Source: an uncultured Spirochaetota bacterium (GTDB lineage Bacteria > Spirochaetota > Spirochaetia > SZUA-6 > Fen-1364). Taken from it: DNA of 64,000 nt. Location: NCBI GenBank assembly GCA_963734545.1, contig CAVTHO010000008.1:224001-288000 (forward strand), in the 5' to 3' direction. The notes beneath the pieces were generated by a model, which saw only the letters and a program-made list of their open reading frames with translations, was not told the origin of the DNA and did not search any database. The position numbers were made by a program, and so were the translations under genes. Of this stretch, positions 29,817 through 39,894 are shown one piece after another (the first letter of the stretch is position 1; each line of letters begins with the position of its first letter).

Positions 29817-30996
29817 CTATCGTGAAAGCGCGGTTTCCAGAATCCTCTGCACGTCATTCACGTCCAGCTTCCTGATGCTTCCGCGTTTTTCGCTCTTCTC
29901 CGCCATCTCGCGGAATCTCTCCGGGCCGATCTTCACCTCCGACAATCTCGTCGGGAGACCCAGGTCGTTGAAGAATCGTTCCATGCGGGCAATCCCTTCC
30001 ATGGCGGTGCGTGCCGGTTTGGCGAAGTCGTACTCGACATTCCAGACCCTGACGGCAAATTGAGCAAAACGGTCCACGGCAAAGCCGTGCACGTACCGGG
30101 CCCATGCCGGCAGCACGATGGCCAACCCGGCCCCGTGGGCTGATGTCATAGACGGCGCTCAGCTCGTGCTCGATGGCGTGTGACGACCAGTCACCCGCCC
30201 GGCCGGTGCCCAGCAGATCGTTGTGCGCCACGGAGCCGGCCCACATGATCTCCGCCCTGGCGTCGCAGTTGCGCGGCTCCTCCATCACGAGCCGCCCGTT
30301 TTCTATCACCGCCTTCAAGGTGGCTTCGCACAAGCGGTCCGTGAAGTCCACGTTCTTCACGGCGGTGAAATAACGTTCGATGACGTGCGACATGATGTCG
30401 ACGATCCCGCACGCAGTCTGGTAGGGCGGCAGATCAAGCGTCAGCTCGGGGTCCAGGATCGCAAGCACCGGCCGGATGACCTCGTTGTTCGCGTAGACGG
30501 CGTCGCGCTTCAGAGGATAGGGACCCTCGTCGTTGGTAATGACCGCGTACTGGCTCGTCTCGCTTCCCGCAGCGGGAATCGTGAGGATGACGCCGACCGG
30601 CAGAGCCGTGCGCGGCGTCACCTGTTTGCGGGAGAAATCCCAGACGTCACCCGCATAGGGCACGCCGACCGCTATCGCCTTTGCGGAATCGATGACGCTT
30701 CCGCCGCCCACGGCGAGGATGAAGTCCACCGAGTTTTCACGGCAGAGCGCGATTCCTTTCCGCACGAGGCTCAAACGAGGATTCGGCACGACGCCCGACA
30801 GCTCCACTACCGCGATCCCCTCTTTCTCCAGGGAGGCAACGACGGTCCTGTGGAGACCGGATTTCTTGATGCTGCCCTGGCCGTAGTGGAGAAGTACCCT
30901 CTTCCCGCCTGCGTTCCTGATCTCCTTGCCCGCTTCCTTTGCCTTGCCGCGGCCGAACACGACCGCCGTGTGGCCCCTGAACGCGAAGTCTTCCAT
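29817..30996 (-). CDS. Iron-containing alcohol dehydrogenase, butanol dehydrogenase BdhA/YqhD-like (frameshift near 30140)
   Basis: GGGSVIDSAK, TIPAAGSE, DIMSHVIERY, HAIEHELS; continues with HGAGLA in ORF 29817..30149. Confidence 0.88.
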
Positions 30997-31008
30997 GATC
31001 CATCTCTC

Positions 31009-31740
31009 CTATTTGAATGTCACCGAGAAGTCGAGGGGTTTGTCCAGAACGAGCAGCCTCAGCAGGGGGATGCGGAACACCACGGCCCCCCCGATGACGG
31101 CCCCGCCGGACTGGGACAGGATCTCACCCTCCGGATCGAGCGTCAGCGTGAGGTAGGATTTTTTCAGCAGGGCCGGCGCGTCGTCCCCTATGGAGAAACG
31201 AACCATTTCCAGGTACTCGTCGTCGCTGATCGTTTCGTTCGGCTGGGGTCCGAAGACGGCGAACGCCGGGTTGGCGAGGAGCGGGAACGTGCGCACGAGC
31301 TGCGGATAGTTGCTCCGGTCGAGGTGCAGGCGGATCATCTTCCTCCCGCCTGTTTCGCTGTACACGAGCGCGGCGGCGCTTTTCAAAGACTCCTCGCGCG
31401 CGAATACATCCTGGATGGAATCGAAGGCGAGCTCCAGGTCCATCGCGTCGTTGGAGGGGGTTGCCGCCTTCGTCACGGTGATTCCTGGCCGGGATTCGAA
31501 ATCCTTCCTGATGGACGCGGCATCGAAGAATTTGCCGCCGCTTCCCAGGACGGGTTTGTCCGAGACCTCCGAGAGCCGGGCAACGTATTCATGCAGCAGG
31601 GGAGCCACCTCCGCGTGCATGGCGAGGGTGCCGGAGCCATCGGACTTGATGACGATGGTCTGGTTCATTGCGCACGATACGGCAAATACTGTCATGAGAA
31701 TCGCCGCTCCGCACAGCTTTCCGGCGCTCCGGGTGATCAT
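31009..31740 (-). CDS. Hypothetical lipoprotein
   Basis: Signal peptide ending FAVSC (lipobox-like); upstream promoter TTGACG-17-TAACGT at 31775-31747. Confidence 0.65.
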   Translation of the reverse strand: MITRSAGKLCGAAILMTVFAVSCAMNQTIVIKSDGSGTLAMHAEVAPLLHEYVARLSEVSDKPVLGSGGKFFDAASIRKDFESRPGITVTKAATPSNDAMDLELAFDSIQDVFAREESLKSAAALVYSETGGRKMIRLHLDRSNYPQLVRTFPLLANPAFAVFGPQPNETISDDEYLEMVRFSIGDDAPALLKKSYLTLTLDPEGEILSQSGGAVIGGAVVFRIPLLRLLVLDKPLDFSVTFK

Positions 31741-31862
31741 TCGGCCACGTTAGAGTGTCCGGCGGGCAGCGTCAAGGCTCCGTGACATCCTGGCCCTCAC
31801 AAATGTCACGGAGTACCGTGACCGGCTTGTCCGCGCAACGGCAAACCATTAGTATCCGTGCG

Positions 31863-33656
31863 ATGCCCACCGTGCACGTCCAACCACTGGGGAAGTCCCT
31901 GATAGCGGCAAAAGGATCGCTGCTGCGCGACGTTCTGAACAAAGCGGGCATTCTGCTCGACTACCCCTGCGGCGGGAAGGGAAACTGTCGAAAATGCAGG
32001 GTCGCCGTCGATCCCCCCCCTGCATCGGGCAAGGGGAACCTGAAGGATGCGGAAACCACGGACGGAGTGCGGCTCGCCTGCCAGCTCACCCTCGTGGAGG
32101 ACTGCACCGTCACCGTGCCGCGGGATCGTCTTCTCCGATCGGTCGTGAGCCACGAAGGGGGAGACGCAGATGTCCGGGCTGCGGTTCGTGACGCCTCGAT
32201 TCGCAGGGTGAAGGTGCGCCTCGCGGAGCCGTCATTGGAGGATCAGCGCGCCGACTGGGAAAGGCTCGCGGCGGGACTGGAAGGGCAGGGCATTGCCGCG
32301 CACCTCCCTGACACCGCCTCCCTTGAAAAGCTTCCTCAAACGCTGCGGAAGACCGACTGGATGGTCGAGGCGCTCTGCGACGGGAACGAGTTTCTCTGGC
32401 TGGCGAGCACGCGGGGGCGTCGAAGCTGCGGCTTCGGAGTGGACCTGGGCACGACCACGGTCGACATCGCGCTTCTGGATATGGAGACCGGAGAGCAGCT
32501 TGCCCGCAAGGCCCTCCTCAACGGCCAGGTCTCCTTCGGCGCGGACGTAATCTCCCGGGCCATGAGCTTTCACGACGATCCCGGCCCCGTGCGCCTGGCC
32601 GCTTTGCACACCATCGAGAAAGGCGCACGCGAGATCCTGGCGGAGACCGGGGTCCTTCCCGACGAGGTCGTGAAGACCATGGTCGTGGGAAACCCCATCA
32701 TGATCCACATTCTGAACGGGATCGATCCCTGGCAGCTCACGCGCGTCCCCTATATTCCCGTGACCCGCCGGTCGCTGCGCGGCGTGCCGCGGGATTTCGG
32801 CTGGACATTCCAGGAGCACGGCTTCGTGGAGACGCTGCCCCTCGTATCCGCCTACGTCGGCGCGGACACGATCGGGATGATCGTCGCCCTCGACCTGGGG
32901 CGGGAGAAGAAGACGTCGCTCTCCATCGATGTGGGCACCAACGGCGAGATGGTGCTCGCCCGGGGAGGCGAGCTCATCACCACTTCCACCGCCGCCGGCC
33001 CCGCGTTCGAGGGCGCACAGATCTCCTGCGGAATGCGGGCCATGGAGGGGGCCATTCACGAAGTCCTTCTTTCCGCGGACGGCAGCCTCGCGATGCAGGT
33101 GGTCGGCGCAGCAGCGCCCCGGGGAATCTGCGGCACGGGCCTCGTCTCGGGCATCGCCCAGCTCCTGGAGCGCGGCATCGTGGATTCGACGGGCAGGCTT
33201 CTTGCACAGGGGGAGATCGAGGATCCGCGGCTTCGCGGCCGGATATTCCCGCTCGGAAACGAGCTCGCCTTTGCGCTGTCCGACGACCGGACCGTCTATA
33301 TCTCCCAGACCGACATCCGCAAGATGCAGCTCGCAAAGGGCGCCGTGCGCACGGGAATCGAGACGCTCCTGGATGTGACCGGCGTGGCAATCGAATCCCT
33401 CGACGCGCTCCGCCTGGCAGGGAACTTCGGAGCCCGGCTCGACCCGCGGGCCGCCATGCGCATCGGCCTGATACCCGAGATGGACCTGGGAAAAGTGGAA
33501 GTGGTGGGGAACGCCGCCCTGCGGGGCGCCCTCATGGCCCTGCTCTCACGGGACGCCCGGGGACTCGCGGAGCGCGCCGCGCTGCAGGCGAGGTTTATCG
33601 AGCTGGGGGGAAAACCGGAGTTTCAGACACGGTTCATGGAGTCTATGCTTTTTTAG
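31863..33656 (+). CDS. ASKHA-domain protein with N-terminal [2Fe-2S] ferredoxin (DUF4445, RACo-like corrinoid activator)
   Basis: PCGGKGNCRKC...RLACQ, VDLGTTT, FGADVISR, IDVGTNGE, AAGPAFEG, GICGTG, QLAKGA, GNAAL. Confidence 0.88.
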   Translation: MPTVHVQPLGKSLIAAKGSLLRDVLNKAGILLDYPCGGKGNCRKCRVAVDPPPASGKGNLKDAETTDGVRLACQLTLVEDCTVTVPRDRLLRSVVSHEGGDADVRAAVRDASIRRVKVRLAEPSLEDQRADWERLAAGLEGQGIAAHLPDTASLEKLPQTLRKTDWMVEALCDGNEFLWLASTRGRRSCGFGVDLGTTTVDIALLDMETGEQLARKALLNGQVSFGADVISRAMSFHDDPGPVRLAALHTIEKGAREILAETGVLPDEVVKTMVVGNPIMIHILNGIDPWQLTRVPYIPVTRRSLRGVPRDFGWTFQEHGFVETLPLVSAYVGADTIGMIVALDLGREKKTSLSIDVGTNGEMVLARGGELITTSTAAGPAFEGAQISCGMRAMEGAIHEVLLSADGSLAMQVVGAAAPRGICGTGLVSGIAQLLERGIVDSTGRLLAQGEIEDPRLRGRIFPLGNELAFALSDDRTVYISQTDIRKMQLAKGAVRTGIETLLDVTGVAIESLDALRLAGNFGARLDPRAAMRIGLIPEMDLGKVEVVGNAALRGALMALLSRDARGLAERAALQARFIELGGKPEFQTRFMESMLF

Positions 33657-34344
33657 ACTTCATTCCCTGAAGGAAGCCGGGTCGGGACTGGCACGTGAAC
33701 CACCGACCGCTGATCTTTCGCGCCTTTTCCTCCAGCGTTTTTTCGACGAAAGCAGCGTACTCCTCGGGCTGCACCCCTCCGGACTGGAACCCGTTTATCA
33801 CGACCCCCTGCCCGCTGTTCGCGGTGAGAAGGGAGGAGCAGAGCCCGTGGAAGCATTCGCGCATGCTGCTCTCCAGGGGGGACGTGCCGGTACCCGTGCT
33901 CACCATGCAGAGCACGCCGCTGTGACGCCCCAGAAAGTACGCAAGCGCTTCCCGTGCCAGAAAGATCGGGCCCCTGGCATCGTCGAACGCCCTCTCTATG
34001 TCCACGCTCGGCATATCGTGAAGCGTGGCATGCGCCGCGCAGGGAGGCTCGAGAATCAGGACTTCGTCAACCGCGTCGAACGTGTTCAACACGTTGAGAA
34101 GGACCGTGCGGGCGGACAAAGGGGACCTTCGGTTCCAGGGGACGGCCGCGGGGGCCTGCCCGGACACCGTCCCCGGTGGATTTGGTCCCGCCACCGTACC
34201 CGGTGGATTTGGCACCGCTGCCGTGCCCGGCGGCGTTTCCCCCGACACCAGCTTCACCACGGACAAACCGCGTGCCGACAACAGACGCGTGAGCGCCTCT
34301 CCGAGCGGGGAATCCCCCTCTGTGACGAGTATCGTTCTAGCCAT
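33643..34344 (-). CDS. Degenerate SDR-fold hypothetical protein with a Pro/Gly repeat insert
   Basis: ILVTEGDSPLGEAL Rossmann-like start; no YxxxK; promoter TTGACC-17-TAGGAT lies 7 nt before ATG 34344. Confidence 0.55.
   Translation of the reverse strand: MARTILVTEGDSPLGEALTRLLSARGLSVVKLVSGETPPGTAAVPNPPGTVAGPNPPGTVSGQAPAAVPWNRRSPLSARTVLLNVLNTFDAVDEVLILEPPCAAHATLHDMPSVDIERAFDDARGPIFLAREALAYFLGRHSGVLCMVSTGTGTSPLESSMRECFHGLCSSLLTANSGQGVVINGFQSGGVQPEEYAAFVEKTLEEKARKISGRWFTCQSRPGFLQGMKSKKA
34165..34238. repeat. 27-bp in-frame tandem repeat (~2.7 copies)
   Basis: CACCGT(C/A)CCCGGTGGATTTGG(TC/CA)CCGC units, encoding PPGTAAVPN-PPGTVAGPN-PPGTVSG. Confidence 0.75.
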
Positions 34345-34477
34345 TTCACTCATCCTATCGCGACCGCCCCGCGCGGTCAATGCGCCGATCCGTCGGAGGG
34401 ATTCGGCCCGCCGCGCTGGTCTGCATTGCCCTTCGCGGCTGTTCGCTGATAGATTCAGGGGCAGAAAGGAGCCGTGC

Positions 34478-36136
34478 ATGAAGGTTGCGTGCGGGCAGAT
34501 CAATCCCACAATCGGGGATTTCAAGGGAAACTGCGAGAAGGTGCTCTCCTTTGCGGCCAGGGCGAAGGAAGCGGGATGCAGCCTCGTCGTGTTCCCCGAG
34601 CTGTGTCTCTGCGGCTACCCGCCGATGGACCTTCTGGAGTACGAGCTCTTCGTGGAGGAGAACCTGAAGGCGCTTCGCCAGGTGCAGATCGGAGCGCCGA
34701 AGGGGATCGGCATCGTCGTGGGGTACGTGGACAGGAACAGGGCCCGGCCCGGTAAAGGGCTGCTCAACGCGGCGTCGCTCCTCGCGGACGGCAGGATCAT
34801 CCACACGCAGGCAAAGACGCTCCTTCCCACCTACGACGTGTTCGACGAGGCGCGCTGGTTCGAGCCCGCCGCCGCGCGCTCGGTCGTGTCCTTCCAGGGA
34901 GAGAAGCTGGGTATCGCGATCTGCGAGGATATCTGGTGGGAGGGCGAGCCCGCGCCCGGGTTGCGCTACCCGGTGGATCCGGTGGCGGAGCTCCTGGACG
35001 CCGGCGCGACCCTCATCCTCTCGCCCTCCGCATCCCCCTTCCACGCGGGCAAGCCCCGGGTCCGCCTGGACCTCCTGTCACGCATCGGCAAGACCTCGGG
35101 AGTGCCGGTGGTCTATGTCAATACTGTCGGCGCAAACGACAACATCATATTCGACGGCCAGTCCATGGTCACTTCGAAGGAAGGGAAGCTCGTGTTCCTG
35201 GGCAGGGCCTTTGAAGAAGAGCTTGCCGTTGTGGACACCGATGCCGCGGGCCCCGAGGTGCCGCTGCCGGAGGACCGGTACGCGCAGATCGAAGGGGCTC
35301 TCGTTCTGGGCATAAGGGACTACGTGCGGAAGTGCGGATTCACCCGTGTGCACCTGGGTCTCTCCGGCGGGATCGATTCGGCGCTGGTTGCCGTGCTTGC
35401 CGTGAAAGCGCTCGGACCCGGTCGGGTGGACGTGTTCGGCCTGCCCTCCCGCTATTCTTCGACAGGGAGCGTGGAAGACGCGCGCGCGCTGGCGGCCACC
35501 CTCGGCCTCACGCTCAGACTCCTGTCGATCGAGGACATATTCGGCTCGTTCCTGCGGACGCTGGAGCCGGTATTCGAGGGGAAAGAATCCGCCGGGTACG
35601 TCGGCGCAAAAGCCGACATCACGGAAGAGAACGTCCAGGCGCGGATCCGCGGCACGCTCCTCATGGCCTTCTCGAACAAGTTCAACTCCCTGCTCCTCAC
35701 CACGGGGAACAAGTCGGAGCTCGCCACGGGATATTGCACGCTCTACGGCGACATGAGCGGCGGTCTGGCAGTGATCGGCGATCTCTTGAAAGTCGAGGTA
35801 TACGGTCTTGCCAGGTCGATCAACGCCCGGGAACGTCTCATCCCCGACGCCATCATCAGCAAGGCGCCTTCGGCCGAGCTGCGGCCCGGCCAGAAGGACC
35901 AGGATTCGCTTCCTCCCTATGAGACCCTGGACGCGATACTGGAAAAGTACCTGGTGCAGAACAGGTCCGCCGCGGACATCGCTGCCTGCGGTTTTGACGC
36001 CGACCTGGTGCGTTCCGTGATCGGCATGGTGGAGAAAGCCGAATACAAGCGGCGGCAGGCGCCGCCGGTGCTCAAGGTCTCACCGAAGGCGTTCGGCACC
36101 GGGCGCCGCATCCCCATCGCGAGGAAGCTTACCTAG
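34478..36136 (+). CDS. nadE: Glutamine-dependent NAD+ synthetase
   Basis: Nitrilase domain (FPEL, KTLLPTYDVFDE, ICEDIW) plus GLSGGIDS, NVQARIRG, TGNKSE, PSAELRP; SD AAGGAG. Confidence 0.95.
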   Translation: MKVACGQINPTIGDFKGNCEKVLSFAARAKEAGCSLVVFPELCLCGYPPMDLLEYELFVEENLKALRQVQIGAPKGIGIVVGYVDRNRARPGKGLLNAASLLADGRIIHTQAKTLLPTYDVFDEARWFEPAAARSVVSFQGEKLGIAICEDIWWEGEPAPGLRYPVDPVAELLDAGATLILSPSASPFHAGKPRVRLDLLSRIGKTSGVPVVYVNTVGANDNIIFDGQSMVTSKEGKLVFLGRAFEEELAVVDTDAAGPEVPLPEDRYAQIEGALVLGIRDYVRKCGFTRVHLGLSGGIDSALVAVLAVKALGPGRVDVFGLPSRYSSTGSVEDARALAATLGLTLRLLSIEDIFGSFLRTLEPVFEGKESAGYVGAKADITEENVQARIRGTLLMAFSNKFNSLLLTTGNKSELATGYCTLYGDMSGGLAVIGDLLKVEVYGLARSINARERLIPDAIISKAPSAELRPGQKDQDSLPPYETLDAILEKYLVQNRSAADIAACGFDADLVRSVIGMVEKAEYKRRQAPPVLKVSPKAFGTGRRIPIARKLT

Positions 36137-37289
36137 CGCCGATCGACCCGGAGAAGAGAAAGCCGTGGTCCACCGCGGCCGAGGCCGTTTTCCCCGATTC
36201 GCCCACGAATGTCACCTTCCCCTCCGTGAACCCGGCGGTTCGAACGCGCCCGAACCCTTTGGGAACGCGTGTCACCCCCTGGATGTAGTTGACCGCAGTG
36301 GGCCGCAAGGGGGACAGCTTATGGGCCGTCGGGATCCCTTTCTCGTTGAGCTCGTTCTTTTTCACGGAAGCCGCCAGCCCCATGGCGAAATAGCCGCACA
36401 CGTCTTCCAGGCCCAGGCAGCAGTTGCGGCCGTTCCAGGGATCGGCGTGGCGTCCGTGATTCTCGATCCAGAACAGCGTCGACGGCAGGACCTTCGGGTC
36501 CTTGAGCGCGTACCACAGCCACCCCTCCGAGGGATTGACCGCCGTGACCCACGCGGGGCCGCCTGTCTGCTTGTTGTACACCTGGACAAGGTCACAGAAA
36601 CCCCGGCGCCGCGGAAACGAGGCGCACGAATCGAACGGCATCTCCTTCCAGACAGTGGGCACCTTGTCGAGGCTGCGGAAGCTCGCCCCGGCGGCCAGCG
36701 CGCTGTATTCGCCGCCGCTTTCAAAAGAACGCGCCGGCCGTGGGGGTACCTGCCCGAACTGAACGGGGCTCGTGGAGAGCAGGAGCGTATCAGGCTGGTC
36801 GCCGCCCGCAAGCGTGGCATGGTGCCCGAGGGGCGCGCGCACGTCGAATCCCTCCAACACGTGCCGGATATAGATCGTATTCTGGCCGGAAACGAGAGAA
36901 ATGCTCTTGCTGATCCGTCCCTTGAGCTTCGAGGTTGCCATTGTGAGGGTGATCCGGGTCAGAGCGTCCGACTGCTCGAGGCTGCCCGCGCTCCAGGTCT
37001 CCGTTGCCGGCTCGCCATGGGTGGTGTGCGTCACGCCCTTCAGGACGCTGTCGCCGCCGAAAGGCATGCAGAAGAAGTCTCCCCTGAGCGGTCCGAGCAC
37101 GGGGGGCTGCACCGTCTTTCCTTCTCCCTGCCAGGGGCTCACGTAGTAGGGCTGGAGGGGAGATTCGCTCTTGCGGAAAAAGGTGACAGGGGCCATGTGG
37201 CCGCCCTTCAGCGTCAGGGCGATCCGCACCGTATCGTTCTCGATCACCCACGAGGGCTCTGATGCAATGATTTCGATCCTGGGCTCCAT
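36129..37289 (-). CDS. Hypothetical protein, possibly galactose-mutarotase-like fold
   Basis: Clean ORF with SD AGGAGG; LRGDFFCMPFG, HGE, HHATL and PWNGRN..LGLE are reminiscent of aldose-epimerase-like proteins. Confidence 0.55.
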   Translation of the reverse strand: MEPRIEIIASEPSWVIENDTVRIALTLKGGHMAPVTFFRKSESPLQPYYVSPWQGEGKTVQPPVLGPLRGDFFCMPFGGDSVLKGVTHTTHGEPATETWSAGSLEQSDALTRITLTMATSKLKGRISKSISLVSGQNTIYIRHVLEGFDVRAPLGHHATLAGGDQPDTLLLSTSPVQFGQVPPRPARSFESGGEYSALAAGASFRSLDKVPTVWKEMPFDSCASFPRRRGFCDLVQVYNKQTGGPAWVTAVNPSEGWLWYALKDPKVLPSTLFWIENHGRHADPWNGRNCCLGLEDVCGYFAMGLAASVKKNELNEKGIPTAHKLSPLRPTAVNYIQGVTRVPKGFGRVRTAGFTEGKVTFVGESGKTASAAVDHGFLFSGSIGAR

Positions 37290-37349
37290 GCGGCACCTCC
37301 TTTGAGCCTCCATCATATGCGGAGCGCGCTGCGCCGTCGAGGGAGGTCT

Positions 37350-39296
37350 CTATGCCCGGGGGAACTCCGCCGCGATCCGGACGCCTGCGAGGATTTCACT
37401 TGCAAGACGCCTCGAATCAACCGGACCGAGTCTTCCCCGCGCGGCGTCCCGTTTGCCCTCGAGGTCCCATTCCGTGTGCTGGAACCAGGCCGTTCCGAGA
37501 GGCGCCATTTTCGCCCCCTCGAGGCATAAGCGCGCAAGGCCTCTCAGGAAGGATTTCAGACCGGAATCAGGCGCCAGCTCTCTGAGCTTCAGGAGCAGGA
37601 GCGCGCTTTCGTTGCCGGCGAAAATGATTCTCTGGCGCGTGAAGGAGTCCACGAGACATCCGCTGCAGCCGGCTTCGAGCAGCTCCTCCCCTGCCCGCGG
37701 GTGGACCCGGATCCACGGGAGAAGAAGAGAGGAGAAGAGACGCACGCTTTCCGCCGCGCGCGCCCGGGAAGCGGCCGCTCCGCTGACCGGAGGCTCGGCC
37801 GGCTTGTAGCCCAGCGCGCGCATTTCAACGAACAACCGCGCGGCAAGGACGGCGCCGGCCGCGTCCGGCCCTCTGCCCTCCCGTGAGCCGGGTGGTTGAA
37901 ATGCGTCCCATGACACGGCGGAGAATCGCCTGACCAGGAGATCGAGAGCCTTCCTGTACCTGTCCTTGCCGGTCTTGAGAAACAGCCGGGCCATGGGAAA
38001 GAAAAGCTCGATGCCGCCGAGGCCCGGAGCAGGATCCCGCACGGGCGTCCTCTGGCCCGGCACGTGCAGGCTTCCCGGCATGCTGAGCTTTGCCTTCTCA
38101 TCCAGAAAGAACTCCACGAACCTGAGGCCGGCAAGAAAGTACTTCTCATGAGGCAGACCATCACGCGCCAGGTCTTCCGCAAGGACCAGCAGGAGCTCCG
38201 CGATGCGGGCGGACTGCCCCATGGAAAGAAGTGCCTGACTTGCCTCTCCGTGCACGCCGCGCCACTTCCCTGCCTCGAGGTGGTAGCTTTCGTAGAAGAA
38301 ACCTGAAGCAATCTGGCCTTTGAGCGCGAAATCCGCGAGCCGCAGCGCGAGCTCCTGCAGGCGCGCGTCCCGCGGGAAAAGCTTCCGCATCGCCACGGCC
38401 AGCCCGAGCCCCGCACCGGCGGAGAGCCATGGGCTTCCGGGCAGCTCGCGCATCCCCACCACGCCGGGTGCCTCACAGAGATGCGTGGAGAGGGCTGTCT
38501 GCAGGGCAGCGGCCAGGAAATCCTGGTGCGCGGACCCGTCTGCCCCGCGGGCGTCACGGTCAGGGACAAGCCGCTTGTAGACGGCTTCCGCGCCCTTCAC
38601 CTGTATTTCCTCCCGGGCGGAAAAGGTGAGAAAGAGCTCGTGGTTCCTGTCGAGGCTTCCGGGGGACTCGATGAGCTGCTCCGTGGCCTCTACTTCCTGC
38701 GAAGGGACGGGGCCGATGCGGCTGCCCGGTTCTTCCTGGCCGGGGAATCGAACCTCCACGTGCAGGCGGGAAGGCTCGTCCTCGATTTCCGTGGTGCTGA
38801 TCCCGATACCGGCGGCCGAGCCCTCGCAGGATGCGGCCTGGGAAAACAGCAGCACGCCCTTCCTGCCCATGGAGAGAAAGAGCGCAGCGGGATAGCTGGT
38901 CTTTTCACCGAGGAAGGAGGTGGGCGCAGGGGGAAGCCCCTGCCGGGCGTGCACCCCGGGAAAAAGGCATCTCATGTCAGCGGGCGCATCGAATTCCACG
39001 TCGATGGACAGGTGCCCGGCGCCGGGTGTCTTCACTGCCCACGTCCGGTGCAGGGTGATGCCGGCGGCATCCGAGGTGATCCGGTCCCTTATCTCCCCGA
39101 ACAGGAAAAAGGCGCGCACCTCCCAGGTGCCGTGTGCTTCCCGGGCGCCCCGGGCCCCTTTCTCGCTCTCCGTAAGCACGATGCTCGCCGCCTGCCGTTC
39201 CTGCCCGTTCCAGAAGAACCTGTACGGGACATGGAATGGGATTCCAGAGTCCGGCTGGATCCGGATTGTGCGCAGATCTTGCTGAGTGACCTTCAT
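37350..39296 (-). CDS. Large hypothetical protein
   Basis: Uninterrupted ~650-codon ORF with protein-like composition; beta-rich N-terminal half and helical C-terminal half. Start codon uncertain. Confidence 0.55.
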   Translation of the reverse strand: MKVTQQDLRTIRIQPDSGIPFHVPYRFFWNGQERQAASIVLTESEKGARGAREAHGTWEVRAFFLFGEIRDRITSDAAGITLHRTWAVKTPGAGHLSIDVEFDAPADMRCLFPGVHARQGLPPAPTSFLGEKTSYPAALFLSMGRKGVLLFSQAASCEGSAAGIGISTTEIEDEPSRLHVEVRFPGQEEPGSRIGPVPSQEVEATEQLIESPGSLDRNHELFLTFSAREEIQVKGAEAVYKRLVPDRDARGADGSAHQDFLAAALQTALSTHLCEAPGVVGMRELPGSPWLSAGAGLGLAVAMRKLFPRDARLQELALRLADFALKGQIASGFFYESYHLEAGKWRGVHGEASQALLSMGQSARIAELLLVLAEDLARDGLPHEKYFLAGLRFVEFFLDEKAKLSMPGSLHVPGQRTPVRDPAPGLGGIELFFPMARLFLKTGKDRYRKALDLLVRRFSAVSWDAFQPPGSREGRGPDAAGAVLAARLFVEMRALGYKPAEPPVSGAAASRARAAESVRLFSSLLLPWIRVHPRAGEELLEAGCSGCLVDSFTRQRIIFAGNESALLLLKLRELAPDSGLKSFLRGLARLCLEGAKMAPLGTAWFQHTEWDLEGKRDAARGRLGPVDSRRLASEILAGVRIAAEFPRA

Positions 39297-39493
39297 GTCA
39301 GGGATAACCCGCGGGAGGATAGTAGCGCGCGGCAAGGGCGGTGACAACAGGCCTCGACAGAGGGGTTTTCAATTCCGCCCCTCATGTGATAGAATCAGAT
39401 TGTACGCCGCCTGCACGTTTCAACCGCTCCTCGCAGCGCGGGGATGGATTTATCTGATACGAGACCGAAACATGCTGACCGGAGGGTGGGAAG

Positions 39494-39871
39494 ATGAAGC
39501 CTGTCTTGAAGCTCTGTGTCGTTGTGATCGTTTCGATGCTCGCGCTCACGACCTGCGTTCTCGACCAGATAGCCGTGAGATGGGACGTCACCGGCTTTGG
39601 CTTGTCGGGGTCTCTTGCTACTGTCTTTTTTGATGTCTGGAACGATGGGAAATACGACCTTAAGGGAGTCAACCTTGAGGTTGCCGCATATGTACAGCCC
39701 GCAGGCGTGTATGTGAGCGCCTGGAGTGCGCCGGACTTCAGCCTGGCGCAGGGCGAACTGAAATCCGGCAGCTTCACCTTCAGTATCAGCCCGTATGCTG
39801 CGGGTCTCGGCGATTCAGTCACCGGCGCTGCAATCCTTGGCGTGGACATGGACAAGCCCAGCGACTCCTAG
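39494..39871 (+). CDS. Small hypothetical lipoprotein
   Basis: MKPVLKLCVVVIVSMLALTTC signal/lipobox; SD GGAGGG. Confidence 0.6.
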   Translation: MKPVLKLCVVVIVSMLALTTCVLDQIAVRWDVTGFGLSGSLATVFFDVWNDGKYDLKGVNLEVAAYVQPAGVYVSAWSAPDFSLAQGELKSGSFTFSISPYAAGLGDSVTGAAILGVDMDKPSDS

Positions 39872-39894
39872 CGCGCGGAGACTGCTGTACATCC

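Noticed and set aside
29817-30996. Fe-ADH as the GldA-equivalent of the GRE pathway
   Set aside because: Its motifs are butanol-dehydrogenase type and it lies outside the GRE locus, beyond an unrelated operon; nothing in the sequence links them.
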